Under the pieces are notes generated by a model. The model was not told the DNA's origin. It searched no databases and saw only the letters and a list, made by a program, of their open reading frames with translations. 64,000 bases of DNA from contig NC_068997.1 of NCBI RefSeq assembly GCF_001194135.2, positions 7,011,412 to 7,075,411 on the forward strand, written 5' to 3'. The position numbers and the translations under genes are program-made. Below, piece after piece: positions 25,808 through 37,954 of the stretch. The stretch is from Octopus bimaculoides. Its lineage: Eukaryota. Positions within the stretch are counted from its first letter, which is position 1. Each line of letters opens with the position of its first letter.

Positions 25808-26240
25808 TATCATCATCATCATCATCAACATTGTTTGATGTCCACCTTCCATGCTGGCATGGGTTGGATGGTTTGGTAGGAGCTGGTCAGGCAGGAGCCT
25901 GTACTAGAGTTCTGTGTCTGTTTTGGCACAGTTTTTACAGCTGAATGCCCTTCCTAACACCAACCACCTTGCAGAGTAGACAGAGTGCTTTTTTACATGG
26001 CACAAGCAGAGGTGAGGTCAGTTTTGGCATGGTTTTTACAGCTGGATGCCCCTCCAAATGCCAACCACTTCACAGTGTGGACTGGATGCTTTTTATGTGG
26101 GGTGCTTTAAAAAATAGGAAAAAAATAAGGTTTGGCATCAGGAGAGTTACCCAGCCAGAGAATATTATGTCAAGAAAGCTTGACCAACCCATACCAGCAT
26201 GAAAAAAAAATGTTTAAAATGATGATGACAATGATGATGA
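25808..26240. mobile_element. Two older RTE-tail copies back to back in opposite orientation
   Basis: Minus copy about 25808-26100 (two GCTGGATGCCC..CCAACCAC units) joined to plus tail CAACCCATACCAGCATGAAA..TTAAAATGATGATG at about 26120-26240. Confidence 0.7.
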
Positions 26241-26654
26241 TTGCTCACACTGGGATAAAACAACAAATTTGAAAGGAAGAGAAAAAGGAGGATGGAAAGT
26301 AGTAAATGATACTTTGGTACAATGTCTGAAATAAGAATATTAAGAACCAAATATAGAAATATTGTAGATTATTTAGTTTGGTACTCAATCATTCCTGGCA
26401 CTGATTTTTCTCCCCCTCACCCTTTCGAATCTCATAGATTTATCCGACCACTCATCCAACCCAATCCTTGGTTCCTCTTCCCTCAAACTTGAATGCTTGT
26501 CCTGTCACAACCTCACCCTCTCCTCTTTCCCCTACAGCATGTTTCTCCTCTTACTGCAACTTATTTCTGTCCCTCTCTTCATATTCTAACCCCTCATCAC
26601 CTGGCACAAAGCCAACCCCCACCCTCAACACTGCTTTATGCTTACTTCAAGGTC

Positions 26655-26865
26655 TTGCAGTGGCCCCACTACTGCCGGTGCCACATAAAAAGCCACCCAA
26701 CACACTCTATTAAGTGGTTGGCACTAGGAAGGGAATCCACTCGTAGAAACCAAACCAAAGCAGACAAAAGAGCTTGGTGCAGGCTTCTGACTTGCCAGCT
26801 CTTGTCAAACCTTCCAACCCATGCCAGCATAGAAAGAGGACAGTAAATGACAATCATCATCATCA
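26655..26865 (+). mobile_element. RTE tail copy, older
   Basis: GCCGGTGCCACATAAAAAGCC..GTGGTTGGCACTAGGAAGGGAATCC..CAACCCATGCCAGCATAGAAA. Confidence 0.8.
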
Positions 26866-27275
26866 TGATTGAAACTTGATATATTTACAGAACAGAAATA
26901 AGAAACTAAGATATTCAAATTTTAACAATAGATAGTATTTATGTGAAAGAACAAAAAATCAAATTGGGGAAGAAACTAAAACACACACTATGATTCTGAA
27001 GTTTAAATTGTCTTAAAAACACACAATACCATGTATAAGAAACTATTACATAGTGGTACATGTGTACATTATCTATTATAATCCAGTGGATTAGTTTTTG
27101 TCATTTTTTATGTAGAATATTTTGATATTCAATAAAAAATAAACTAAAAAAAAACTGGAAGCTTTTTTACGTTTTTATGGATTTTAAAAAAATAAAAACT
27201 TTGCACTGAAATGCCTTGTATTATTATATATAACCTAAATCTTAATTGTGATTTCAATGAAAAGTGCATATTATA

Positions 27276-27419
27276 CAGGACTTATTCTTTGTAAGCCTAG
27301 TACTTATTCTATCGGTCTCTTTTGCTGAACCGCTAAGTTACGGGGACGTAAACACACCAGCATTGGTTATCAAGCGATGTTGAGGGGACAAACACAGACA
27401 CACAAACATATACACACAT

Positions 27420-27474
<55 letters not shown>

Positions 27475-27624
27475 GGGCTTCTTTCAGTTTCCGTCTACCA
27501 AATCCACTAACAAGGCTATGGTCAGCACAAGGCTATAGTAGAAGACACTTGCCGAAGGTGTCATGCAGTGGGACTGAACCTGGAACCATGTGAATGGTAA
27601 GAAAGCTACTTACCACACAGCCAC
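27276..27624 (-). mobile_element. SINE family A lacking 3' tail
   Basis: Reverse complement matches family A head and body. Confidence 0.88.
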
Positions 27625-29137
27625 TATATATATATATATATATCTATTATAACTGGTCAAAACAAGTGTTTGTATTGTATAACTGGTGTTGCATAGTATC
27701 TCAGTCAGAAACAGTAAAATTATCCTGCCTCAGCTGTAAATAGGTAATACAGGAAATAATAGTTTATCTATGTAAGCAAGAGAAGAATATAATTGATTAG
27801 TGTTATGTTGGTTTTTCTGAGTGAACTATGGGAGAAGGTAGAGAGATGTAGAGAAGTACAAGAGATAAGAGGAGAAGGAGGAGAGGAAAAGAAAAACTAA
27901 AATGTATAGAGAGGAATATAGAAGAGATATACGTGAGAGAGAGAGAGAGAGAGAAACACACACACACACACATATATACATACATACATACAATACAGAC
28001 TGTCAGAGAGAAAGAGAGTCACACAAAGAGATACAAAAGAATGTAAATAGTTGTAGTCCAACCAACAAAAGAGGGCAGCTGAGTGTAACTGCTGTGTATG
28101 TCACTCTATCTCCCTCTAAATATACCCCCAATATCTAGTGTGTGTGTGTGTGCATGGATGCGTGCGTGCACACACACACACACACACACAATTGCTTTTT
28201 ACCTTTTGGTATTTGCATCCAGACAATACTTCATGTCTGGTCTGAATATATTCCAAGAGTCTATACAGTGAGTGAACAATGAAATTCCTCTGAACACCAA
28301 CAATACAACAAGAACCTTCTCACCTTGTTCATTCCAGTCAGATTCTTAAAAATCTAATAATATAACACAGAAACACATGTAACAGTGTCTCTATGTGTGT
28401 AATTCATAAATCAAATGGTTGCAGAGATAATTTCCCACAATGCATCATTCTCCAAGTTGTAATACATAAAAGCCAGTCGAAGTAACACAGAGATGCTCCA
28501 TACACAAACACGAGGGCAAAAGGGAAAAAAATTTTCAATAATTTTCTTTTTAACTATGTGTGTTTGGAGTGTTTCTATGACTGTGTAGTGAAGGAGTTCA
28601 CTTTGCAAGCCTATGGTTTTCGGTTCAGTCTCACTGTGCAGCCCCTTGAGCAAGTTTTTTCTACAAAAGCTGAAGATCAATCAAAGTCTTGTGGACTTGC
28701 TGAATTTGACATGAAAGAAACCATGCCGTAAATATATGTGTGTATCCATGCCTCATCCTCTTCATATCACATGCTAACAAAAGGCACTGTTATACAGTAG
28801 TATCATTCATTTGCAATCTTCCATGAAAACATGTCTGGCCATTGTGTTGTTCATGCTAATAGAACTAGGGGGAAAATATTACTTTGCTCAGAAGCAGGCA
28901 ATGGTTGGCATCTCATCAGAGAAATTTTGCCTCACTGAATTTTGTGTGACCCATGCAAGCTTAGAAAAATAGAGATTAAAACAATGATGTATATATATAT
29001 ATAATGTCAAAGTTTTAGATTAAGACTGACTGCATCACAGGGTGACAGAAGCTTGCTGCTGGTAGCCATGTCATCAAGTACGACATGCTGATGGACTTGT
29101 GGTTGTAGTCTAAACAGACCTTCTTTTATGAACTTAC

Positions 29138-29194
29138 CCAGTGAGAAGGGTGTTTGGTTGGATGAGCATTTTGAGTGCCAATAGAGCCCATATC
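29138..29194 (-). other. Candidate 57-nt host-gene exon (unverified)
   Basis: Minus strand: CCATTTTCTTCTCAG|GATATGGGC...CTCACTGG|GTAAGTT. Strong acceptor and donor, length divisible by 3, open in all three frames, in apparently unique sequence. Confidence 0.35.
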
Positions 29195-29375
29195 CTGAGA
29201 AGAAAATGGATGCTACCAGGATTACTGAGCCCAATGAAACACGGCAATGGAAATTCAAAGAATATTTCATTCTACACCAAACTGGTCAGAGTCTGGGAAG
29301 ATTAAGATCAAGAGTCGGGGGGAAAAGATTGAGAAAAACAAATTCTTTCCTTTTTAAATACTATATATTATAAAT

Positions 29376-29910
29376 TCTCTTTCCTCTTTTATTTGTTTCA
29401 GCCATTAGACTGTGGCCATGCTGGAGCACTGCCTTTTAGAATTTTTGGTAGAATGAATTGACCCCAAGACGTTTTTGTTAAAGCCTGGCATTTATTCTAT
29501 CAGTCTCTGTTTTGCTGAACTGCTAAGTTACAAGGATATAAACACACCAACACTGGTTGCTAAGTGGTGGTGGGAGACAAACGCAGACACAAAAAGAGAG
29601 AAAGGGAGAGAGACAGAGACAGACAGACACACACACACACACACACACACACACGAAGTCTGGTGCAGGCTTCTGCCTAGCCCGCTCTTGTGAAACTGTC
29701 CCATCCATGCTAGCATGAAAGTCCATTGTTAAACGATGAGGATGAAGATACAATAGGCTTCTTTTAGTTTCCATCTACCAAATCCATTTACAAGGCTTTT
29801 GGTCAGCCAGAAATAACAGTAGAAGACACTTGCTCAAGGTACCACAAAGTAGGACTGAACCTGGAACCATGTGATTGGGAAGCAAGCTGCTCACCACACA
29901 ACGACGCCTA
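29376..29910 (-). mobile_element. SINE family A with an RTE-tail fragment (+, about 29655-29745) inserted in its central microsatellite
   Basis: Family A tail and head flank GTCTGGTGCAGGCTT..CCATCCATGCTAGCATGAAA..TTAAACGATG. Confidence 0.8.
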
Positions 29911-30052
29911 CTATTAAAGTTTTCTCTGACCAGTTCCATACGAGGAGGGATGATAACCTCAAAAATCAGGAATTCTCCAAACTTTGACATGCCATTGAGG
30001 GAAGAACTTTGGAGAATTCTTGAGTCTTGAAACTATTTTCATTTAAATTATA

Positions 30053-30095
<43 letters not shown>

Positions 30096-32007
30096 GCATG
30101 GAAGCTTGAAAGTATGATAAAAACAAAGTGAAATGTTTTGACATTCATGCATTTTCCTGTTTCCCTAAAATGAAAACACAGCTACATGAACAATTTTCCA
30201 GCTAATCTGCCATATTTGTTTACTTCATTGAAAAGTTGGAAAGCAATATTAACCCCAATGGGAACTGAACTCAGAATGTAAAGGATTGTGTTTGGTGCCC
30301 TATTGTCTCTGCTAGACAACAATAAGAAGCATGAGGGAAAAGTAAAGAGAAAAAAAACAACATTGCAACACCAATGTCTGTTGAATCGGTTCAATACTCT
30401 GCCTTTATTCTTTCAAAAAAAAAAAGAAAGAAAGAAAAAGAAAAAAAAACTATAAGAAGTAAAAGAAATATCAATATAGAGCAGAATTTCCATTTCTTAG
30501 AATTATGGATATCTTTGAATCTGATATTATAATAAATATATTCCATTTCATTGTCAATAGTTATGAATTTACTTAACACCAAAGATGGCAGAAACTTAAG
30601 AATAAAGATTTCTTACAGGACCGAGGAGAAGGATTATAGCTGATTTAATCTAACCTATATATTCTCTATTTTAACAATCCCAGAAGAATAAAAAGCAACA
30701 ATAAGCAAAGAAAAACAGACATCAATGCAATTTGAACAAAGAACAAAACGAAATACTAAAAGGTATTTGGTCCAGCACCCAACCAGTTCTGCCAAACAAA
30801 TAAACATAAATAAACAAAACAAGTTTTACATAACAATAATTATCTCATCTAATTATATACAAATGTAATTTCTGTGGACAGAAAAGAGAGAGTTCAATGA
30901 ACAAGCTGCAGAACATTGGTAACCAAAATGCTAAGTAGCATGAAAGGTCACACATTTTAGAGGGAAAAATGAAGTCAAAGAAATCAACCCCAGTGTATGA
31001 CTGGTACTTATTTCATTGACCCTGGAAGGGAGACAGGGAAAGTTATACACAGTAGGGTTTGAGTTGACAGTGTAAAGAGATGAAACTGAATACCTTAAGT
31101 CTGCCACTCAACGCACTTAGCACGTAGTATATTACTGTTACTTATCGATTCCAGATGGATGAAAGGCAGCCGACTCACAGAGTTAGAAAGAATTTCAGTA
31201 TTTAATTGGGTACTTCTTACAATTTTTGGAACAAGGCCAATGTTTACAGTATAGAAACTATCACCAAAATGTGTGCACACATGTCTATGCATATATATAT
31301 ACTAGCTGGTGTACCCGGTAATTCCNNNNNNNNNNTTAAAGATGTTCTATTGAAATGCCTTATTACTCATATATATGATGATGATGATGATATAATGTAA
31401 AGGAATAGGGATTTGAGACTTGGGTAGGTTCCTTATTAAGGACATCTTGGGACATTAGGACACTTATCCAGCAAAAGCACGTGTGTCAGATTGGAACTTA
31501 ATAGGAATAACATTGTAATAAACAAGTTTTGAACATGGAATAATTCTCCATTCTTCTGTATGATGTCTTCTGTACATACACACGTGTGCACACACACATG
31601 CACGCACTCCTGAAAATTACTGGTATGTATTTTATTGATTCTGCAGAGATGTGATATAACCTAGAAATGAATCTAAATGATGACTGTAAGACATAATTTG
31701 ATATACTTTCATTTCTAGTATGAAATGTTACTGGACAAAACTGTACACACACACACACACACATCCGTACAAGGAGTGTTGTAGAAATTCTAAAGAAAAA
31801 TATAAGTAATTTATGTAAATAATGTTCATTTCTCTCATTGGCACATGGCTACAAACTTGTTGAAGAATTAAGTGGAAGAAGCGAAGCGGATTCAATTCAA
31901 AATGTCAACTTTAAGTACTTGTAACTTTTAGATGTACTTCATCTCATGTGAGACAAATAAATTATAGAAAAGTATTTAACACACATTACAAATGACAATA
32001 ATATTGA

Positions 32008-32218
32008 CCCTTTTTACTGTAGGTACAAAACTGAAAATTTGGGGGAAGGGGTTTGTCGATTACATCATCCCCAGTGCACAACTGGTACTTATTTCATGAA
32101 CCCTGAGAGAATGAAAAACAAAGTCAACCTTGGTGGAATCTGAACTAGGAACATGAAGACGAATGGAATATCACTCAGCATTTTGCCCAGCAAACTAACG
32201 ATTCAGCCAGTTTGCCAC
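32008..32218 (-). mobile_element. SINE family C
   Basis: Reverse-complement match to the 23489-23700 body. Confidence 0.75.
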
Positions 32219-32241
32219 TATAATAATAATAATAAAAATAA

Positions 32242-32272
<31 letters not shown>

Positions 32273-32274
32273 AA

Positions 32275-32489
32275 TCCTTTCTACTAAAGGCACAGGGCCT
32301 GAAATTTTGCGGGAGTGGACTAGTCAATTACATTGACCCCAGTTTTTGACTGGTACTTAATTTATCAACCCAAAAAGGATGAAAGGCAAAGTCAACCTCG
32401 GCAGAATTTGAATTCAGAACATAGCAGCAGACAAAACACAGCTAGGCATTTCACCCAGTGTGCTGACGGTTCTACCAGCTCACTGCCTT
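32275..32489 (-). mobile_element. SINE family C
   Basis: GGATGAAAGGCAAAGTCAACCTCGGCAGAATTTGAATTCAGAAC..CCAGCTCACTGCCTT is the reverse complement of the family C head and body. Confidence 0.85.
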
Positions 32490-33349
32490 CATAATAATAT
32501 TCAGATTTTACCAAATTATCGGTAATTTTAGGGGAAAGGTAAGTGAAGTGCTCAACCAACACAAAGAGCTGGAAAAAAAAAAACTGTTGCTAAGCATTTT
32601 ACATGATGCAATAATTCTACAACCACCAACTATAATAATAATAATAATAATAATAATAGGATTTCTAAATATTGTGAGAGCATCCTTGGACAACATGTTA
32701 ACTTTGCACAAGTTTATAAAAGTTTTTTTCAACACACACACCCAATTGCTTTTGAATAAAGGGAATTCCTGATGCTTCTTTTCAATCCAGGAATACTAAA
32801 GATGATAACAATAGTAATCATAATCAGCTAAAACAACAATAAAAATGATAATAATAATAATAATAATAATAATAATGCATTCTGACCTTCTTGGTAAAAT
32901 TTTTCCAATCATTCTTCATGTCTGGTAATAACAATCTCCAATGAAATAGCATTAGTACAGAGAGAGGACAGAGAGAAAACGAAAAAAACTTTAGTGAAAC
33001 TATTTCTAGCTGTGGTCTCCTCTTGGCTGGCAAAGTCAGCTGTCTCTGAGTGAAGTGAGGTTTTTAACTAGCAGCAACTGTTTTTGTTGGTCTAAAATGA
33101 CATTCCTTATACAGTGGACAGAGGTGACTGGCAGAAAGGGAAGGAGTAAGTGGTATAATGAGGAGATATCGGTTGGCGGTGAGGTGGGGGGGAATCATAA
33201 AGTGAGGGGAAGAGAACAGAAAAGAAAACATGCAGTGCTTGTTGTGTGTGAAAAGGGGGGAGGGAGGGGAGAGAGAGAGACATAGGGAGAAAAAGAGGAG
33301 TAGAAAGTAAGAGTGAGAGGGAGGAAAAGGAAAGTGGGGNNNNNNNNNN

Positions 33350-33408
<59 letters not shown>

Positions 33409-33735
33409 TAATGTGTGAAAATTATTTTAGTAGCTTTGCAATAGCACCAGTTTTGAATGTGACTAAGAATGTTTTTATTTTTTCTTCTTCAGTGAATTCC
33501 TTATCCTAAACCAACAAACCAACCAACCAACCAACCAGCCAGCCATCTAACCAGTATGCAAGCTAACCAACCAACCAACCGCCACCACCACCACTATTAG
33601 CAACAACAATAATAACAACAACTCAAGCTTAGAACACAAGTCATCTGTTCAGTTTCTTGCTTTTGTGACAGAGGAGGAGGAGGAGGATTCGTGATGTTAT
33701 CTGCAAATGAATTACATTTCTTCTTATGTATAGTA

Positions 33736-33781
<46 letters not shown>

Positions 33782-34496
33782 ACACATGCGTACATACTTA
33801 TATTCAAGCATATATATATATATATATATATAAAGAACAGATACACAATTAATACCAACAAAATATTACATTCACACACATTCAAGCTCAGTCAGAAGCA
33901 CGCACGCACGCACACACACATATTCTCAAACATGTCTATCTCACACACACACACACTCACACACACACACTCACACACATGTATTTACATACATCTAGTT
34001 CGGGGTGGTGAGGGTGGATACCTGTACTTTAAATACTCTGTGCCTGTGTAGTCGTGTGCATGTGGTAAGTAAAACAGAGTTTCCATTAGTTTGCAGTAAT
34101 GAATTCAAAAATATCCTGCTGCCACCTACATGCAGCATAAATATACCTAACCAACACTATTCAAGACATGCAAAAAAAAAAAAAAAAAAAAAGAATAGTC
34201 CCCTCTGCTCCCTCAGTGCTGTGTCCCTTTGATATATTGTGGTGGGTGGGAAGTAAATCAATCAGAAATTTGCTTGTTTTCAATCAGTCCTTAATGCCAT
34301 ATTCATCACTTTGCTTAATTCCTTTTCACTGCTACTGCCATCACCAAGGGAACATTTAGTGCCCAAGCATGGCCACAAACTCAGGCTGAAATTTGCTAAT
34401 ACAATAATAAAGTAGCTGTTTGGCCATCTAGAAATAGCAGACAAATTGTCCCTAATCACTACACCTTAAGTAAAAGAAATGATATGTTAGATATTA

Positions 34497-34744
34497 TGGA
34501 GTAAAGATTACTTGCCAACATAACATGGCAGTCCGGGTTTAGGACAAACGTTGCTGTAATTTAGCTCCGGGAAATATCGTCTCCAGTTAGCTGTACAACA
34601 CGATCTGTGTCTTTATATTTTCGAACAAGGACATAGATCGTGTCGTATAGCCAGCTGGAGACGATGTTTCTTGGGGCTAAATTACAGCAACATTCATCCT
34701 AAACCAGGACTGCCATGGTATGTTGGCAAACAATCTTTACTCCA
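34497..34744. mobile_element. 248-bp near-perfect palindrome, probable foldback MITE
   Basis: 118-bp arms (TGGAGTAAAGATT...GTGTCTTT / AAGGACATAG...AATCTTTACTCCA) align without indels, 17 mismatches by manual count; 12-nt spacer ATATTTTCGAAC. Confidence 0.85.
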
Positions 34745-34878
34745 AAGTACTGTTGCTGAATATCTCTTGTTGTGAGATTTACAAATAGTAATTTTCTAAA
34801 GCAATATTTATTCGACAGTTATCATCTCCAGCTGCTTTCATTGCAAAAACTGATTCTACCAATACATGTATCATAAAC

Positions 34879-35057
34879 CAACAGTTCTCACCTGTGGCCC
34901 TTAAGCATCCTCCCAGTGGCTCCCAAATGCTCTTCCCTCCATATTTGTAATGAATGCTTCTTTAAGTGATTTGTGTTTTACTTTTTTTTTTATGCACCCC
35001 CACACTAAATATAAGTTTTGGGTGTGGCCTGGATGTCAAAAAGGTTTAAAACTATTG
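34879..35057 (+). mobile_element. Old hAT (Charlie-like) MITE
   Basis: Ends CAACAGTTCTCA.. / ..GGTTTAAAACTATTG resemble CAGTGGTTCTCAA TIRs; 8-bp TSD TCATAAAC / TCATAGAC (one mismatch). Confidence 0.65.
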
Positions 35058-35761
35058 TCATAGACTCTTAGATGGACGAAAGATAAACAACAAAAGCTGG
35101 GGAGATTTTTAGCAAGTTTGGCTGTGACTGTTGAACCCTTTCAGTCACCAAAAAACTGAAGCCACTGTTTTGGGGGTTTGTTTTACCAATGAAATGAAAC
35201 TCCTGTTGAATAAGCAATGACAGGAATTGGGTAACATTCCAGGAACATGGCCAAGCTCTTGGGCAAAAGGACTCTTCCAGCTCAGTAATGGATTTTCAGT
35301 CCCTTTGTGAAAGTACGATTCATAATGCATAGAATATGTATTTATATTCCAAAATTATGAGAAAATCTAAAGAACCAATCTTTAGCATAGATAAAATAAT
35401 GATGACATTTTATTCTAAAACCTCTCTACCTTAAACACCAACTGTCCTTTGCTCAAGCCCATCAGAAAGCCTCAATGGTTACTCTTCCTACTAGAAATAG
35501 CAGCAAAGTGAAATTAATCCTCCCCTGGCTGATATTCCAGTGTATAATAGATAACTCCCACCAACAGCCACAAACTTACCTAGCAGTAGGTAGGACATAA
35601 GACAGAGTATGCAACTTTAATGAGTAACTTTCCACAGAAAGACTCGTCACATATTTTTCATACAGAGTATGAGTAAAATTTGTCAGTTGTAGTAAGATGG
35701 AGGAGTGTAAAGAGACAAACCATCCGTCCATAAGTGAGAAAGTCTTATCGTTAACTTATAT

Positions 35762-35952
35762 AAGATGGTTCTCAGTCTTTTTAATATCTAGGCCAGATCC
35801 AAAACCTTTTTAGGGGGTTGCACCAAAAAAAATTAAACACAAGCCAATTAAAGGAAAATTCATTACATTATTAGAGGGAAGACTGTCAAGGGCCACCAGA
35901 AGGGTGCTTGAGGGCTGCATGAGGCTTTGGGTGCTGTAGTTGAGAGCTGCTG
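35762..35952 (-). mobile_element. Second copy of the same old hAT MITE, inverted
   Basis: Reverse complement shares GCCCTCAAGCACCC..GTGGC and TTTTGGATCTGGCCTAGAT..AAAAAGACTGAGAACCATC with 34879-35057. Confidence 0.55.
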
Positions 35953-36042
35953 ATTTTCATTCTTCCTATGAGTAAACTGAGGACCAAATGCAACCAAACA
36001 TCTTCAGCTGGAATAATTCAATTTCTGGACTGAAAGACGAGA

Positions 36043-36061
36043 CACTACTACTACTACTACA

Positions 36062-36096
<35 letters not shown>

Positions 36097-36097
36097 A

Positions 36098-36135
<38 letters not shown>
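36043..36135. repeat. (CTA)n microsatellite with CAA interruptions
   Basis: Directly visible. Confidence 0.95.
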
Positions 36136-36136
<1 letters not shown>

Positions 36137-36399
36137 GTAGCTTTCACTCTGTGGTTCCTTTTATGCACAGAGACTGAATGGTACTGAGATCAAATTAATA
36201 CAAACACATGTATCCTCATTCGCTTCTGTTAGTCTGGCACCAATTCTGACTAAACTTGATACTAATTACACAGCATTGTTTTAGACATTGTTGAAAACAC
36301 TTGGAGTGGAGCCATGCACTTTGAAACTGAACACCTACTTCGGAAATCAGTCTTCAATCAACTGAAGTAGGTAACCAAACATGTATCCATCCATTTTCC

Positions 36400-36840
36400 C
36401 TGCCCACTATTCTTGGGAGGGTTGTGGAGTCAAAGTCCTCAAGCCCCTCCTCCATAGGGTCCCACCAGAAGGAACCCTCAATAGACTTTCCATCTAGATT
36501 CCCAAGGGTGATCAACTGAGACTGTTGATGTTATCCAACCATCTTGTTAATGGTCTACCTCAAGGTCTTCTGTCAATTGGTTCAGCTTGAAGAATCCATG
36601 TTGCAATTCTTTCCTGCTACATTCTAATCACATCTCCAGAGTATCAGAACTGTGACCTCTCAACACAGAAAAATGCCAACTTGATCTGAAGAGACTCCTT
36701 AATCACCAAGCTACATATGGTGCCAAGTAACATTACCCCAGAGATTCTTCACAAGAACTTCATTTCGGCTGCTTTTATTCACAATCGTACTCTTTTAGTC
36801 ATCACCCATCATGACCATAAGTGAGAATAGGGCAAAAAAC
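36400..36840 (-). mobile_element. RTE (Rex3/Expander-like) LINE C-terminal fragment, decayed; second RTE family
   Basis: Minus strand: PILTYGH..VMTKRVRL*IKAAEMKFL*RISG...ERSQF..RM...DRRP*GRPLTRWLDNI, matching PTLTYGHELWVMTER.RSRIQAAEM.FLRR...RRPRGRPRTRW. Confidence 0.8.
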
Positions 36841-36871
36841 ATGTACATCTTTCTTTATTTAACAAAGTCTA

Positions 36872-37030
36872 TCATCATCATCATCATCATCATTGTTCGT
36901 TTAACGTCTGCTTTCCATGGGTTGGACGATTTGACTGAGGACTGGCGAACCAGATGGCTGCACCAGTCTCCAATCTGATCTGGCAGAGTTTCTACAGCTG
37001 GTCTAGAGGCTCCAATCTGATCTCCTATAT
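36872..37030 (-). mobile_element. RTE tail copy with small internal duplication
   Basis: (CAT)n..TTTAACGTCTGCTTTCCATGGGTTGGACGATTTGACTGAGG; CTCCAATCTGATCT occurs twice. Confidence 0.8.
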
Positions 37031-37954
37031 CAAAGGTAATTTATTTTTACCTAAGAAAGACAATTTTTTTTTTTGTGTGGTTTAATCGAAGGAGGGGCAA
37101 TGTTCATGATTTTTGCAGGCTTATCCAAGAGTGGTAAGATCACTATTCTTGTGGGTAGGAATAATTGAACAAATTAGTTATTGATAAGGCTTACATGGTT
37201 GACAAAAGACAGAGGAACAGTGCTGGGGGGAATGGGTGAGTGTGGTATGTAAATAGCTCATTCAGAAGAGCAGGGTCATTGTAATAAGGACAAAAGAGGC
37301 CAAAAATGGAGATTTCTGGGTCAGTGCTGTGTAGGTGAGTCACTATCAATCAATCTGATGACCTCTTTTTGTCTTTTGGATGCAATCAATGATGTTGGTG
37401 TTTGGCAACAACAACATCCCAGTTGTGGTAGCAGGACACCATTTGGGGTCTGAAGGTCAGTAACTGATTGAAGATTAAGTATTTTGCTGGGAAGGGTCTT
37501 GAAAAAGGTGAGTGTTTAAAGTGGGTAGCCGCTAGGTCGACTGAAAAGGAAATGAGTGTCTACAGGGTCACTTGACTCGCTATAAACAGTAAATAAAATA
37601 TCCTTCAAGTTATACCTTAGTATCTTGAAAAGGGAGTGGACAATAGATAATGTAGTCCGAGCAGCAAGATGGTCAATGTCCAAGAAAAGGAGGGAATGAT
37701 TGTGACTGCTCTGTCTTTTGGTTACAAGTTTTCTTAATCAGAACTAATCTGGAGTTAAACAACAATAACAAATGAAGAACAAACATCATTGCTAAGTCCA
37801 TGATGCACGTTCTATTCTTGGAGTTGCCATTTCACTTCATTTACCCTTTGTATTTAGGGTTTCTAACTTAGAGCAAAATTAGCTTCACTTGGTTGACTTG
37901 GTAGATACACTATATTAACAGATCAGTCTACCAAGCAGATTCCTTCTTTCTTAC

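Noticed and set aside
28324-28344. Possible 21-nt minus-strand microexon (NLTGMNK)
   Set aside because: Acceptor is weak and such motif pairs arise by chance in 64 kb.
29939-29975. TACGAGGAGGGATG.. resembling a mariner TIR start
   Set aside because: No partner TIR or transposase sequence nearby.
31298-31335. ACTAGCTGGTGTACCCGG resembling a non-autonomous Helitron start
   Set aside because: Too short and interrupted by a gap.
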